A stretch of 64,000 nucleotides of DNA from Dipteris shenzhenensis (Eukaryota). Positions 1 to 14,226 of the stretch are shown here, piece by piece (the first letter of the stretch is position 1; the number at the start of each line of letters is the position of its first letter). Where the stretch lies: assembly GCA_047967505.1 (NCBI GenBank), contig CM106538.1; one strand, written 5' to 3'. Under the pieces are notes generated by a model. That model had not been told where the DNA came from. It ran no database searches and saw only the letters and a list, made by a program, of their open reading frames with translations. The position numbers and the translations under genes were made by a program.

Positions 1-178
1 AGCATGCCTGCAAGCTAACCAGGGTATACAAATCATAACAATTTATGTCAGGCCTGGAGAAAAGAAACAGTCCAAACAGATTAAAAAGGGCTTCATTGGG
101 GGCGGGGACAAGGGGGTGTTTGTTATGCACGTCTTCGAGTAAATTTACCAATTTCCACAATAAAAACAACTCTCTTAC

Positions 179-3143
179 TTTGAAAGCATCTTCGTCAGTG
201 CGATCATCTCCTACATAGATAGGGAACACATCATTCCGATTCCCGAGACCTGTCAATATTCACAAATGTGAATTGTCATTAGTGATCTCTAACAGTCAAT
301 TATGCAGAGCTTTAGTATAGAGATCAATCATCTCTTTTAGGTTTGCAGTTACAGTCTTACCAAGCGTCTTTAGCAAGTAGTCCAGTGCCTTTCCTTTGTT
401 CCATGCTATGGGAGGGCGGACTTCCAAGATCTGAGAGACATGAACATATCCTTTTAGTTCTTGAACACCGTTTCATCATTTCTCCTGCAAACAACTGCAC
501 AACATAAGTGGAATTTTACCTTTCGGCCTTGAGTCAGGCAAAGAGTTGGATAAGACTTCAGGACCTCTTGCACCTGTTCTGCTAATGCAAGCCAATTCTG
601 GGAAAAACAATTCAAACATGATTACAATGTAAAGATGTAAAGAAACGGTACTCCAGCAATTCCACAAAGTTTGTTTCTCTCACACTGCATGTACTTGCAG
701 GATCTGAAACAGTCCTTTTCCAAGGAAAGAGCATACTTATGCCATAACTGTTGTACAAAAAGACCCCTAGATACATACCTCCTCTTTCACACATCGAAAA
801 TGCACACTGATGCAAAACTTGTTGTGTTCAACCTTTGCTCCAAGCACTTTCTTCGCCTTATCCTCCAAAAGCTTGAAGACCTGCATACGCTACTTCTATC
901 AGATGATGCACCAAGCATGCACCAATATATACACACTTGGATGGCTGATGACAACGCACATTGATAGGAACATATTTTGAGAGCCTTAAGCAAATTTTCC
1001 ATTTCATCACAAATATACATACATACATCAAATAACAAACATCACAGAAATAAATGCGGGAAAGGAGTACAGAATAAGATTCACACATGCTGGAGGAGAG
1101 AGAACATTAGAACAAGGGAGGCAGATGTTGCCATGATAAGCTGACTTTACCTCATTCATGACATGAGTGTACTCACTGGCTGGCTGAAAGAGTACCACTT
1201 CATTACCCTGCAAATTAAATCCACAACCCGGTTTTTAGAGTAACATTCAAACCCAGATTTAAAGACCCAATAAAAAGGACAACATTTCTACATAGTAACT
1301 TTTGAAAAAAGTAGTGCAAAAAAACCCCTTTAAAAATCAGTGAAGTTTTTTGAATGGGTTTTTGCTCAGTAAGGTGAACAAAAAGAGAGAGATCCAGAGC
1401 CGTGCTCTCAGTTCTAAGCAAGGAACTGGGAAAGTGTACGGGATCCACGTCAGACACTCGAAATACACACTCCAAGTACAAGCCCTCTTATATTACCCTT
1501 GGAGCACGCATTCACTGGATTTGGGGTAGATGGGAATGTGCGCATGGGTTAATAACTTAATAGAAGCCGTTTTCTAGATTCTCATGGAACCCTGAAAGGA
1601 ATTGTTTTACCCTTTTCTTTCAAAAAGGGCAGAAGGTAGGAGCACTGGCAGGAGGGGGAGGGGCAGGGGATGGTTGTTTTCTCTGTGTTAGGGAAGGTGA
1701 GCAGCTGGAGCTCTATGATGTGTTCTCCTGAGAGCTTTATTGGACCGTGTTTGAGCCATGGAAAAAACACTGGCCTCTTCACAGAACTGCGGATATCACT
1801 AAAAAGTTTGGAAGTTACCTTATCATCCATTGTTTTGGTCCCTGCATCCCTGCACCCATTACAACCTTCTGCAGGTCCCATTATGTCCATTCCATGACTG
1901 CCTGCATAATATAGCTCAGGTAGTTGCACAAATTCATAAACCTGCCAGAGAGAAAGGTGCTTCTTTATGGGGCTTCACACAGTTACAAGCTCGCTATAAT
2001 ACTTAATTGAAAAAGTCTACTGCAATAAAGTGACAAAAACCAATAAAATGAGTATTTGAAAGCCTCAGTGAAACTTCTTGACTAGAAACTTAGACAGGCT
2101 TTTGCAGATTTGATTGAATTTATCTTCTCCAAACTTTAAAAAGGGGGTTCTTTAGGATTGAAACATACCTTCTCCCTACTCCTTCCGGTAATGATTGCTG
2201 TTGGAAAACACTTTGCTACTTCTTTTACCACTGTACGCATCTGTAATTACAAACACGGAATCTGGATTAGCGGTGAGAAAACCACTGGCTACTTTCTAAC
2301 ACTTCAAAGATACTAGGGCAACAAACCTAGAGTACTTCCATGGTTGAAGTATGATTTCTCATTGGACGTCAACAGCAGAGCATCCCAAGCAAAGGCTTCA
2401 GACATACCTCATCCGACATGAAAGCGCATTCTGGATCTTCAACGATTGGTGACAGTGTTCCGTCGTAGTCTAGAAAGACAGCAACGCGTTTCCCCTTAGC
2501 ACCTTCCACTATCTTATCAAATATATCCAGTGCAGAGGGATGCTCTGCCTGTACAAACAAGGACAGCAGTGTAGGTAATTTTAAAACGCGTTTACAAATG
2601 ACATGATGCACAATTGAAAAGAAGGGGAAGCATAAACAAACGTTGGAGAGCATACAACTATGTTTTACAAGATAATTCCCAGAACAGACAGTCACAGACC
2701 CAAACAGATAATACAAGACTTAAACTAGGCTCTGGAAATTTGCGAGTCTAATTATCCAACGGAAACAGTTGTGCTAGCATCCAACTTTAATACAGGAAGA
2801 GCAACAACCAACTTACAATCCATGCTCGATCGACTGAGTCAATGTTTGACTTGTCAAAGGGGTCACTCTGTAAGCATCTACTACGAGGGGGCGACGAATC
2901 TTTCATTGCCTCAAGCCAGCCATGAGCTAACCCATTCTCAATCTTGCGGGGAACGGATCTTCTCTTTAAAGTAGTGTACGCAGGTCCACTAGCTGCTGAG
3001 CTTGTGAATGATGGATTTGGAGAATACGTAAACAGAGGTGTATTTGAAGCTGCTGATGATAAAGATGCCAATTGGAACATGGAAGAAGAAATTGATGAGG
3101 AATCTGTGACGACGGCATGATGGTGTTTGGATCTGAAAGCCAT
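179..3143 (-). CDS. TPP: Trehalose-6-phosphate phosphatase (HAD family), spliced; 3' exons lie beyond the window start
   Basis: Phase-consistent GT-AG exons: 3143-2817, 2548-2408, 2240-2169, 1941-1819, 1207-1151, 880-779, 597-520, 430-361, 249-179. Translation contains [58 protein letters not shown] and [12 protein letters not shown], all TPP motifs. Confidence 0.96.
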
Positions 3144-3431
3144 TCTACCAACAACCTTCCTTTATTGACACCTGATATATTATCCGGTTGGTTTCTTATA
3201 AGATTATTGGCAGGGCCTTGATGATGCTTTGTTCTTTCCCTTCGCAAACTGGCTGGCAACTTTGAAGGGTCTATTTTGACCCTAGGCATGAATTTACGAT
3301 AAGCTATCTGCTGGCAAGGCAATCTACAAAGGAGCGATCCAAGAAGCCCGGCCGACGGAGAATAGATACCTGAAATCGGGCAGAAAGAATAAGCCGACTG
3401 TAAAGACCTAATGCATTGCACTTCACCTGAA

Positions 3432-3523
3432 AACAATTGACGTGGAAAGAATTATATAGGAGCACCAAGGACTGTAGACAACAATTGACGTGGAAAGAAT
3501 TATATAGGAGCACCAAGGACTGT
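3432..3523. repeat. 48-bp-period tandem duplication in the TPP leader intron
   Basis: AACAATTGACGTGGAAAGAATTATATAGGAGCACCAAGGACTGT occurs at 3432 and 3480. Confidence 0.9.
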
Positions 3524-4414
3524 GTAGAAAACAGGACCATGTTCTTAACCGCACATCGTTTGTTTCTTGCTTGTAATAAAATCTGCAAAACAAATCTCCC
3601 CCTCGTACCTATGGCTGGTGAGAACAGAAAGGTGTTTTCTTAGCGAACACAATCACTGTAAAGTATTGAAGATAATCCTCCGGAAAAAGTCAAAGCGATG
3701 TTGACGCACTGGTATGGAAGAAGTTTTCACCATCCTTCCAAGCCCCGGCAATTGAGAAAATGAAGATCCATCCATTTTCCAGCCTCATGGCGAATTCAGC
3801 CACGCTAATTGGAGCCTACACGGTAGAGAACTGCGTACATACAATTCTACTATAACACGGACAATTGGTCGCGTAAGGAGCTCTTTGGTCAAACTATTGG
3901 GGGCGAAGCACGCCATCAATCGTTCTAATACTGGATTGCAAATGCGCCCACACTAGCGGGGCGCAAATTTGTCGTTTTCCTGCGAGAATATGATTGTCGA
4001 GAGATGCTACAGCGCTCAACTTCTCACGATCCGATACGAGCTCACAAGCATTTTATAGACAAACTATATATATGTTGGTTGCATCGGCGCCTACAATTCG
4101 TATGCATTGCGTATGAAGTCTCATGCAGGATGTGCGGGACTCGAGCAGGAAAGGAAGGCAAAAAAAACAGGACCCCGGGCTATCAGATTTCAGAAACGCA
4201 CACAAAGCGAAAGGTCATCAGACGAGTTGCCGATAGGCGAGGCGGAGGAATTAGTAGAGCAACACGATTGAAGGAAACGAGCAAGCAATGCGTGCGAGAG
4301 GCAGGAGAAGGAGTGCAAACAGGAGGGAAGGGGGGAGTACCGGAGAGCGGAAAGCAAGTCGAGGAAGCAGAGACCTCTAGAGATGGGTGTTAAAGCTTGA
4401 TGTGAGGATGATCC

Positions 4415-4426
4415 GTTTATATAAAC
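4415..4426 (-). promoter_or_regulatory. Candidate TATA box of TPP
   Basis: Palindromic GTTTATATAAAC followed on the minus strand by a CT-rich leader and a candidate splice donor near 4340. An ACGTGTC ABRE-type motif lies at 4743-4749. Confidence 0.45.
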
Positions 4427-4899
4427 AGAAGCTGTGCAGGAGAAGAGCTCGTCTCGTCGCCTCGGGGAGGATGCGAATACTTCGAGAACGATGATTGCTC
4501 AAAGAATGTGGATTTGTGTCAAGAGGAAATCCGCCTTTTGCACGATCTTTCGGATCCTCTTCGATGCGCGCCAACTGACTGAGCAAGCTCTAGAACTCGC
4601 AATCTGGTATAGTACAACGACGCCCGTCGCCCTCTGAGCACGAATTGGTAAAGGTGATGGAGGGAGGAGGGCGACGGGGGTACCAGAGAGGGCTCGCTCT
4701 ACGCTGTGTCTACTTCTCTGGAGCAATCCGTGATGCTGATTTACGTGTCACGCGGTATGGGGAGTGTCGCACTGATGAGGAATGCAGATAAGGCGGGGAA
4801 GTAAAGGCGAGCTCGGTAATGCAGGGGAGTAATGGCGAGCAGCAGGAAGCTGTTTGTCGTGAGCGAAGGGGGAGAGTTCCGTTAGGGAACGGAGGCGGG

Positions 4900-5210
4900 G
4901 GCGATGGCGATGGAGATGGGAAATAATGGAGATGGAGATGGAAGATGGAGATTGCGATGGAGATGGAGATGAGGATTGGAGCGATGGAAGCTTTGTGGCT
5001 ATGGCGATTGGAGAGAGCTTGGCTATGGTGGAGATGGAGAGCTTGAAGCTTTTTGGCTATGGCGATGGAAGCTTGAAGCTTGTTGGCTATGGTGATGGAA
5101 GATTTGAAGCTTTGGGCTATGGCGGAAAAAGCTTGAAGCTTCTGGCTATGGCGGAAGAAGAAGATAACCAAGATGATGAAGAAGAAGAAGAAGAAGAAGA
5201 AGAAAATAAA
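4900..5210. repeat. Low-complexity block: (GGAGAT)n, ~30-bp minisatellite and (GAA)n
   Basis: Repeated GAAGCTTGAAGCTT..GGCTATGGCGATG units, then a GAA tract. Confidence 0.8.
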
Positions 5211-8200
5211 GAAGGTTTATGGGCCTTATTATTAACTTGGCGAGCTCTGCTAAAGTATTTGGTGTAAATGTGACTTTATTTTGGGGTTTTTTTTTTTCGC
5301 CCCGGCTGGCTGGCAATTTTCTTAGAGATAGCCGCCGGCGTGGTTTGCCGGCGTGTCCCGCGAGGCTCCTCCAGCTGCCTCCCACGCCCCCCCCCCCCAC
5401 ACGACAACCCCCTCCAGCTGTCTTCCCCCTGTCCTCCTCTCGCCCCCGTGTGTCCGCCCCCCTCTCCTCTATTTCTTTTAACCCCTCTTCCCTTCACATT
5501 GGTTTCCTTTTCTCTTTTTTTGAGTTGCCTCGATTACCCCCTCCCCTTCCCCATCTTGCCTTCCTCCACCCCTCCCCCATCCCAATCTTGCATCCCTTCC
5601 TTCCCGCCCTTCGGCCTTCCTCCACACTTCTCTTTTCAATGTCACCTGTCATTCCAGCAACAACTCCGTTCTTTAGCATGCATGCATCCCATGGATGCCT
5701 ACTCTCGCTTGCCTCTCTTTTAGGGACCCAGCATCTCTCCAATGACAGCCCAATGGTAACCACTTCAGCAATCTGATCCTGGTGAGCAGGTATCATCCTA
5801 CCTTTGCAAAGAGTGGAATTCTAAACTAGCTTTGTGTGGAACAACCCTCTTCATAACCTTTCCCTAGGGAACATATTAGACTCGCAGTTACCAATATCCA
5901 CTCCCTCCATCCACATTGTAAGTAGCCTGCATGCACTCATTGGGGCCACATTACAGAACATAGACTTGGACAATTTCTGTTTGTCAAATCACCCTTGTAT
6001 GTACAATGCAACTACCAACTATTACAGTTGGTTGGGGCATGTTGAGTCACCCAGGTTTCTACAGTATAAAAGCATTGGCAATTCCCATGTGCCCCATCTT
6101 AGCTTAAGGTCACCATCTTTATCACTACAATGGCAACATCATGAAAATGTTCCGAATAAAGTCTTTTCCCACCTAATTTCCATCCACAAGATCTGTGCCT
6201 GCATCTGAGCATCAGTGGGGGTAGCGATCCTCCAAACAAACAACACATTTTTATTTGTCCAAGAGCAATAATTGAGTGGCTACAGCTCACCAAATCACAA
6301 GAACTCTGGCTCCCACCTATTTTTTACTCAGGCACGTGCCGGCACTCAAGAGTCTCAAAGAGGTCATGAAGGGATTTCGATGAAAAGTTCCAGAAGTTGA
6401 CCAGTTCATTTATTTACAAGCTTTGGAACCCGTAACAAAATCTGACTAGAATAGCAAAGAATTTGGAGGTTTCTGTGATCTGCCACACAAATTTATTAAC
6501 AGGTAAAGATACGAATTTCAACAAGTGACAAACCAATGGGAGGCGAGTGAGGGGACAAGGGCCAATGGGAGGGGAGTCTTCAGAGGTTTTCGAGGGTGGA
6601 TTGAACCCAAAAAAAAAAAAGAGAGAGGGAGCAATTGCACCCACACAATCCACAACATGTCGAGGACAAAGGCGACACCATGTGGAATTGGACAAAAGAG
6701 ACGATCATATGCTTTGGATTTGTCCGATGTGAGACAAATTTGACAAAGTTCACACAATACGGGGGTTGGCCAACTGGCAGGGGCAGGCGGACAACGGCCT
6801 AACGCCCAAGGCCAGCTAGGCGGGAGGCGCCATGCTGTGGGCCGCCGACCTGGAGCGATTTGGCGCGGCCGAGCGCACCACGTAGGATAAGCGCGCCATT
6901 CCGTTCCGCGAAACTGTGTGCCGGCCAGCGCCCGCCTTTCCGGCCTTGGTGGGCGCGCGGCGCGGAATAAAGGCGTGGCCATGGTCAATCGTGCCCGGAA
7001 TGGGCCAGGCGTCGTACTCCACGCCCCCGCCACGTGGGCCCCACGCAACCCCTTCTAAAAAAGGCCGCCCTCCTTCTCGGCCTCACCACCGCGCACCTGC
7101 CGGTCCCGGGACCCGCCACGTCCCCATCGCCGCGGCCACCTCAGACCAGACAAACCCCTCATCATTCGGCCGTATCCCACCCGTCCCTTGACACGTAGTC
7201 CTGCTCCTCTGCCCCACGCTTTCCGGCTGGCAGCGCTGGCGCGTTGCCACGTTGCCGGGTCTCGGGCCCACGCGCGCTCCGCTTTTAAGAAATGCAAAGT
7301 ACCGACTCTGCGGTGGTTATGTCCGCGTGTCGTGGTAACTCTTCCCGGGGCCGGCCTTAACACGTGTTGGTTGGCGAGCCGGTTATGATCTTTATCCATT
7401 TCAACTGACGGCCACGTAGATTGCTTCAATCCGGGGAATAAAGTCGCGCCTCCCAAGCACGTTTTGCACACCTTTGCCCTCCCTTTGTGTAAATTTTCAA
7501 GGTTGGAACTTTGAACTTGGAATTGGGAAAATGCTCTCGAGTTCCCACACCACATTCACTTTCTCACCTTGACATTTTCCTCAGCCGAGCGCACGCCACC
7601 AACGCATTTTCAAGGACACACAAGTAAGGCCGCCAGCTATACAATGGGCATGGGCACCTGTAGATTTCAAGGGTCACATTTTAAAACAAGACTTAATTTG
7701 AAAAAGCCTACAGTAAAGCTCGTAAGAAGTCTCTCCTTCATTGGGTTCTACAAAAGTGAGACTCGACCGTTCAATAATTGCTTGCCGACTCGAGGCTTTG
7801 TGATAAACATTCACGGTCCCAATAATCAAAATTCTACTATTCATAATGTCTTGTTACACGTTTTGGCTGTTGACTCTAGTAATTACATTTGCATGCAATA
7901 ATTGCATTGTTAATTGATGTGAGAGTTGATGCCTACACTCCCACCAATGCAAAAGCCTATCATGCTCTAGCTACCCTTCATTTTACGCATTTATCTTCAT
8001 GTAAAAGGTTGCTTATCCTCGAAACTTTTGGCTCTTCCTAATAAGTTTATTAAATATACCGTCATAAATTAAGCCCAACTTGACCTTAAAGCTTTGAGAT
8101 TGTAGGGTTCCATTCGGTGGAGGCCCAATGCAAGGAATGGCTTATGCATGTAGGAGGGAATCTTCATGCTTAAAGGAGCGACACGCATTAAATGTGCATA

Positions 8201-8813
8201 CAAATGAACTGTGAACATTCAATTGGAAGTTTCAATAATGGAGCACACAGCATGACACTAGGGGCCAACAAAGCCATACTATTTGCACCTTGTTTGGGCC
8301 ACAAACAAAATCATTTGCAAGTTCGTGCAAATGTAGAGTTTCATTGGTGGTGAAAGTGAAATCACGATTTTGGCACTTTTGAAGCTTTTACTTAAGGTGG
8401 TTGGCAAACAAATTATTGAATTTCTTATGAATGAAGGGACCCATCGCATTATGCAAGCTAGAAAGATAATGAATTTCTTGTGGTACATGTAGGAGTGGTG
8501 CATGTAGGATTTAGAGGGGGGAAATTATCTATTTAGGACACATCATATTTACCTTAATGAAAGCTTAGACATATGAAACGTTCACAATATTTCTAAATAT
8601 GGGAGTGTCATTGAAGTTATGGCAATGTTTGCTATTCAAGATAATGTGTGCAGTAAATCAACACCTAATGTAATAGTAGACAAAATTGCTCCCCCTATTT
8701 ACTTGAAATAATCTTGTCTTTTCTGTATGCCTAACTAAAATTAAAATTTCTCTTAGTCTTGAATAGGGAAAAGGTGGCTCCTTGGACACTCTTGTTTCAT
8801 ATGGGAAGCATGT

Positions 8814-8814
8814 A

Positions 8815-8881
<67 letters not shown>
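8814..8881. repeat. (CT)n microsatellite
   Basis: Seen directly; similar (GA)n tracts near 11270 and 19421. Confidence 0.9.
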
Positions 8882-11267
8882 AATGTGACACGGGTTGATT
8901 CCACCTACAAGAAGGTAAGGAAATGATTGAAACACAATGTTTAAGCAAGCAGGGGCCAACATCAACCTTTAAAAAAGGACTTCAATTATTAAACAACATT
9001 TTAATAATAACCATCCATGTTTGTTTAGATCTGTTATTCAAAAAAATGTATACTTGAACAAAGGATTTACCTCAGTGATATTGAGTGCTTAAATTGGGCA
9101 TTTCCCAAGGGCAAAACGACTTTTCTATATGTATGCGTGAATCCTGCAGAAGGAGAAAGTGGAGACAATACATAATGTATCCTTTTGGAGGAGACCATGT
9201 TATCAAATCACACATAAGGCCTTGACAATAATTGAAACATTATGTCAATATTTACATACTACACATCAAGTTCCATGCTTTCTATAGAGTGAATCTTGTC
9301 ATTCTTAAAAGTGAGGTAGGCACTTCATCTAGCACTTTTGAAAAAGTCCACAAAGATGCTTTGTACTTGATTCCAAATAATTATTATGGCTTGTGAAAAT
9401 CTCAAGTCAACTTTTTTTACACTTTTAACAAATGATTGGAGTGTATATGTACTTTTTCATTTGTCCCTATAAAAAAGATTGTAAAGTAAAACTTTAAGCA
9501 ACAGTCTACTTTCTTATTAAAGAGTATTGTTGAAATATTATGACGATCATGTTTTCAAAGAAAAGTTCGTTAGGAATCTTGAAAGTAGCTTTCAACATGC
9601 TTGAAAAGAGCTAGATTAATAGGAAAACAAATGACTTTATAAATGTGCCTCAATACTTGGTATGCCTCCATGTTAGTTGCATGACACCTATCATATAGAG
9701 ATGAGTCTATGAAGCAAGTTTTAAAAGCATACTAACAATAATGAAGCCCATGGCCCCCCCACCTTGCCATCAATTAATTAAATTTTCATGGAGATTATGT
9801 GCATCGAAGCTCATTATTGAGCAATCTCTTTCCACATTTAGAACTTGCCCTTTTATGGGAAACATTACAATTGTCACACATGTTCCTTTCATTAAATCAA
9901 CCGAACCTAAATAAATCCAATTACACAAAACTTTTCAATGTTTTGTGTCCCTAATAAAACTCTTTAAAATGATACCTTCCTAATGTTTGATGCCCCTTCA
10001 AAGTAGGTTTTGAAAATAATTGAAGGGATGGTGCCTATTCTTGAAAGAGAATGCAAGCATAAAGTGGAAGAATATAAACATGTGAAGATAAAATGCTATC
10101 TATTATGTAACAAGGTTAAATGATATGAAAATGAAGAATTGAATTGGGTTAACGTCTTGTTTTATTCAATAACATCTATTGGGTCTCAGAGATACAGAGC
10201 ATATATGATCTATCATAGCTGATATGAGTTGCATTCATGACCCACTAAGAATTAATCCCCACGGCGGGTGCTTAACCAATGCAATATTCCAAAATATACA
10301 TATTATTACATCTTCAAACTATTATTGTTAAGTACCAACATTATTTTTCATTTTCCTAAGTAAATTGGGTATTTAACAAGAGCGAAAATGCATTATAGCA
10401 ATAGAATCATTGTTGGCAACCTCAACAATATGAATGACCATTTGGGCCCAAAAAGTTTGGATGAGAAAACTCAATACAACGTGGATACCCTCTCACTACA
10501 AAATCTTACTTTTAGCATATATTTGAGCATGTTATATCAATTATGATTAGTCATAAGTAGGTGATTAAAGCTTCAATTATCTCCTAGAATTCCCATCTTT
10601 GTTATTCATGATGCATATATTATGCTTTTACAACAGGTTAGTGAGATGAGAACATTACCTACAGATTATGACTTTTATCAAGTCATGGGTAATATCACTT
10701 TTTAGCAATGTGATTCCTTATAATACTCATTGAAAATAACACCTCTTCAAGTCCCTTAATCAGTAATAAGACTTTGTAGAGAATAAACCGATTGTTTATC
10801 ACGGTTGAAAATCAACAAGATATCAATGGCCCTTGTATTAGATCCCACCATCATGTATATTTGAGTTTTAAGGAGGAAATTTTTTCTTAATAGAACACAC
10901 TATGAGTAGGGAGGTGATACATTTTTTGAGATCTTCAGTAGTTTGGAACATGATGTCCTCATTCACATGTGAAATGCTAATGCAATCAAAATTAGTGTTA
11001 GCTTAGTCATTTTCTTGATCTTTTGTAAGGATCTTTTGCTAGCGCAAAGTTATCTTTTTTGAAATTATAAGAAATTTCATTAATGTCCTCCCCTACGTTA
11101 TGGATTCTAATACTAGCACCATGTGTCTTGATGTCTTTAGAGGATGTTTGAAGTCCCAAATCAATAATGTTTCTAATAAATGTATATACATGACATTGCA
11201 TGTATTATACAAACATAAAGAGCCACATACATGCATCATTCCTTTCAAATACATCTTTCAACAAAAG

Positions 11268-11314
<47 letters not shown>

Positions 11315-12619
11315 ATCCATCTTCTACATGACTAGCTTCATTTTTTCTCTTCCTCTATCATTGAAAAATTCAACAACAAAAAGGTCTTAGCAACAAAATG
11401 AAGTGTGCACATCAAAGCAACAAACTATGAAATTATCAACAAAAGAAACTTATAAATAGCATTCCAAATTTGACGTTGTCGACAAAAGACACTTATAAAT
11501 AACATTTCAAATGTCCAATTGGTGCAACATGGTTTACATGACTATCATAAACACATTAATATATTTAAAGCAATCTTTATTTTTTGGTATAAAGAGATTT
11601 TATTTGACTAGGTGCAGTTGTGTCATAATAGTGATTTTCATAAGTTGTTGCATAGAATTAGAAAAATAGAACTGAAACTCATGACATGACAACAAGCCAT
11701 GCATTATTACAGCTCACAAAAAATTAATTCATCCTTTAAGCAGCGTCTCATATAAGGCTTAATAATTATAGGAAAGACACCATCAAATAATTTTTTGTAA
11801 AGTATTTAAAAAATATTAATTTGTCATAAAGGTACAAAAGCATATATATTTATCATAAAACATTAATACCCACGTGTAGTAGATTCATTTCAATCATGTC
11901 AATTGCAACATGGTTAGTCTAGTAAGAGGGTAGATTAAATAATTTCACACACCATTGACTTGATGTGTTGATTAATTGAAATCTCAATGACCTATACCTC
12001 TAGTACTAGCATATCATAACTACAAAACTATCATGATGATGAGTAGAGCAGCATTATGTTCTTTTTATTAGAGGGGTCTTTTATTTCATTGCACTACAGC
12101 ATAATTAAATTACACTATTATTACATTGTGATATTTTTTATGATGTATTATTTGACGTGAGTCGTCAAATATAAAACAATGATGATCACCTTATCCTTCT
12201 CAAGATATGTTCAGCATGCATTATTTGACGTGAGTCAGCAAACGCGAAAAAATGAAGATCACCTCATGCTTCTCTAGAGATGGTCAACATGAGTTGCAAA
12301 TATGATTTCATAATGTATTTTCTCTTCAACCATATGTTAGCAATTTGTTTAGCTTGCATTTTGAGTCCTTAATCTTAAAGATAAATGACATTGGTTACTT
12401 ATGGAAAGCCTTAGCTTCTCTACAATGGACAAAGCTACTTCTATGGAATCCAACATCTTCTCCTCAATGTTTCTTATTGACAAACGATCACACAATTGCC
12501 TCCTTTTTTTTTATTTTTAATAAAGAAAAAGAGAAGATTTCATTAAAGGGCTGGTTAGGCCCAAATAAGACTGATACAAAAATTGGCCAAATCAAGGACT
12601 AGCCACCCTTAGCCTATAC

Positions 12620-13760
12620 CGCATGCGGTTTAGGGGTTATGCCACCAGACTGCTCCAACAAAGAGCAAGTTCACGCTTGTTATAGGGTCACTACCTCCCA
12701 ACAGCCATCCTAGGTCTCTCAAGTTAGACTTGACCCGAACTATGACCATGGATTCTCTATACCCTACACCTATCGATTAATTGAAAGCTACATTGTTGTG
12801 GGTTTCCCAAGCTGCCAGCATGATCACCGCCCTCACAAATGGCCAAGAGGCCATCAAATTCAATGGCAACTATGAGGGTTCTCCAGTTAGTGCACTTCTT
12901 CATCTGTTCCTGCGTAGAACGAGTCCTGCGCGATTGACCCTTGCTTCCTACTTTAGCCACGCACTACTAGCTACCCTGTAAGACCACATAAGATGCCACA
13001 GGTCCTCAATCCCGTGGTCACAGAGCGGGGAAATGAGGGAAACCTTGATGTGTTTGGCTAGTTTAGCCCTGACCGCCGGTAGCCATTGTTGTAGGACCTT
13101 CCAAAGTAGGAAGCTGACCTTCCCTAGTACTTTGGGATTCTAGATTTCCTAAAACCTCAAGCTCCACCACTTGGTAGTCCATTTATGGCTTGGATTGGGG
13201 ATTAGACTTACCTCACAGGCCAATTGTTTGGAGGTTAGTCTTGCTAAGATTTTTTTGAGGCAGGTGTTGCCAACCCTCCAAACATTTGCCTCCATGAGGT
13301 CAACAAGATGCAATTCAAGGGCCACCAATCGAGGATTCGTTCCATCACTGCGCAGTCAAAAGGTCCATCTCACCTTGGTTTTTGAATCTGATTTGCAACA
13401 CTAGCGGGGGTGCCAATATGCTGCTCACTCATCCCACAAATCGTTCCAAGATCTAAGGCCCTTCTTGAAAAGACTTCGAGCTCTGGGGAGGTCATGGAGG
13501 ACAATTGCCTCGTTTAACATGGTTCATAATACCATTTACTTTGCGATCATAGATCTTCACAGGATCTTCTTGGTTGAGTAATTTTGTTGTTGAGGCTTAT
13601 GGTGCTCCCAAAGTATCACCACCTCTTCGCTTGCATGTACTTCCTAGTGCTAGGCAAGATCGTGAACTTTGCAACACGGAGGCACCTCCTTTTTGGTAGA
13701 GCAGAGCCACCTTCACAGCTTCACCCATGAAGGGCACATGCTCTTCTTGCTCCACAATGT
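12620..13760 (-). mobile_element. Degraded L1-like LINE ORF2 3' fragment
   Basis: Minus-strand translation gives LFKKGLRSWNDLWDE (matching LFKKGL*SWGQLW in the LINE at ~38290) and KVSFLLWKVLQQWLP..PLCDHGIEDLWHL (zf-RVT-like). Confidence 0.7.
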
Positions 13761-14190
13761 GAACCAGGTTGTAGCAAAACTAAGCTCATGTTAACTTACA
13801 CTACTTCTTGTGTGTTGTGGCTTTTGCAGTTGACCTTGATCGTTGTGCTACGTTTATGTATTTATTGCTATATATTTACATTTATACATATATATAGGTT
13901 GCTTAGGTACCTTACCCAATCTTTGTCGCCTTCTCACTTGTCTTAATTAGCTCATTCCCTTTTACTTTTACTTTATTTATTTTTTTAAGATATTGCCTCC
14001 TTTTGATTTTTTTGTGTGGCTAATGTAGTAGTTGCAGGCTTTTATTTACATTTATATAATTATATGAATATAAATTGATATTTAATTATTTGGTTCTAGT
14101 TGTTTTCCCGGTATGTTCACTACAAGTTTATTTTGTAAAAAAATCATTTTATGGGCTTCTTTTTGCGTTTCATTTACATCATTTTGTTAG

Positions 14191-14226
<36 letters not shown>

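Noticed and set aside
5219-5796. Pro-rich 185-aa ORF and overlapping antisense ORFs
   Set aside because: They arise from C-rich low-complexity sequence; no domain or splice support.
9000-11200. AT-rich region that might be an old DNA transposon or Helitron coding remnant
   Set aside because: No motif could be read convincingly.
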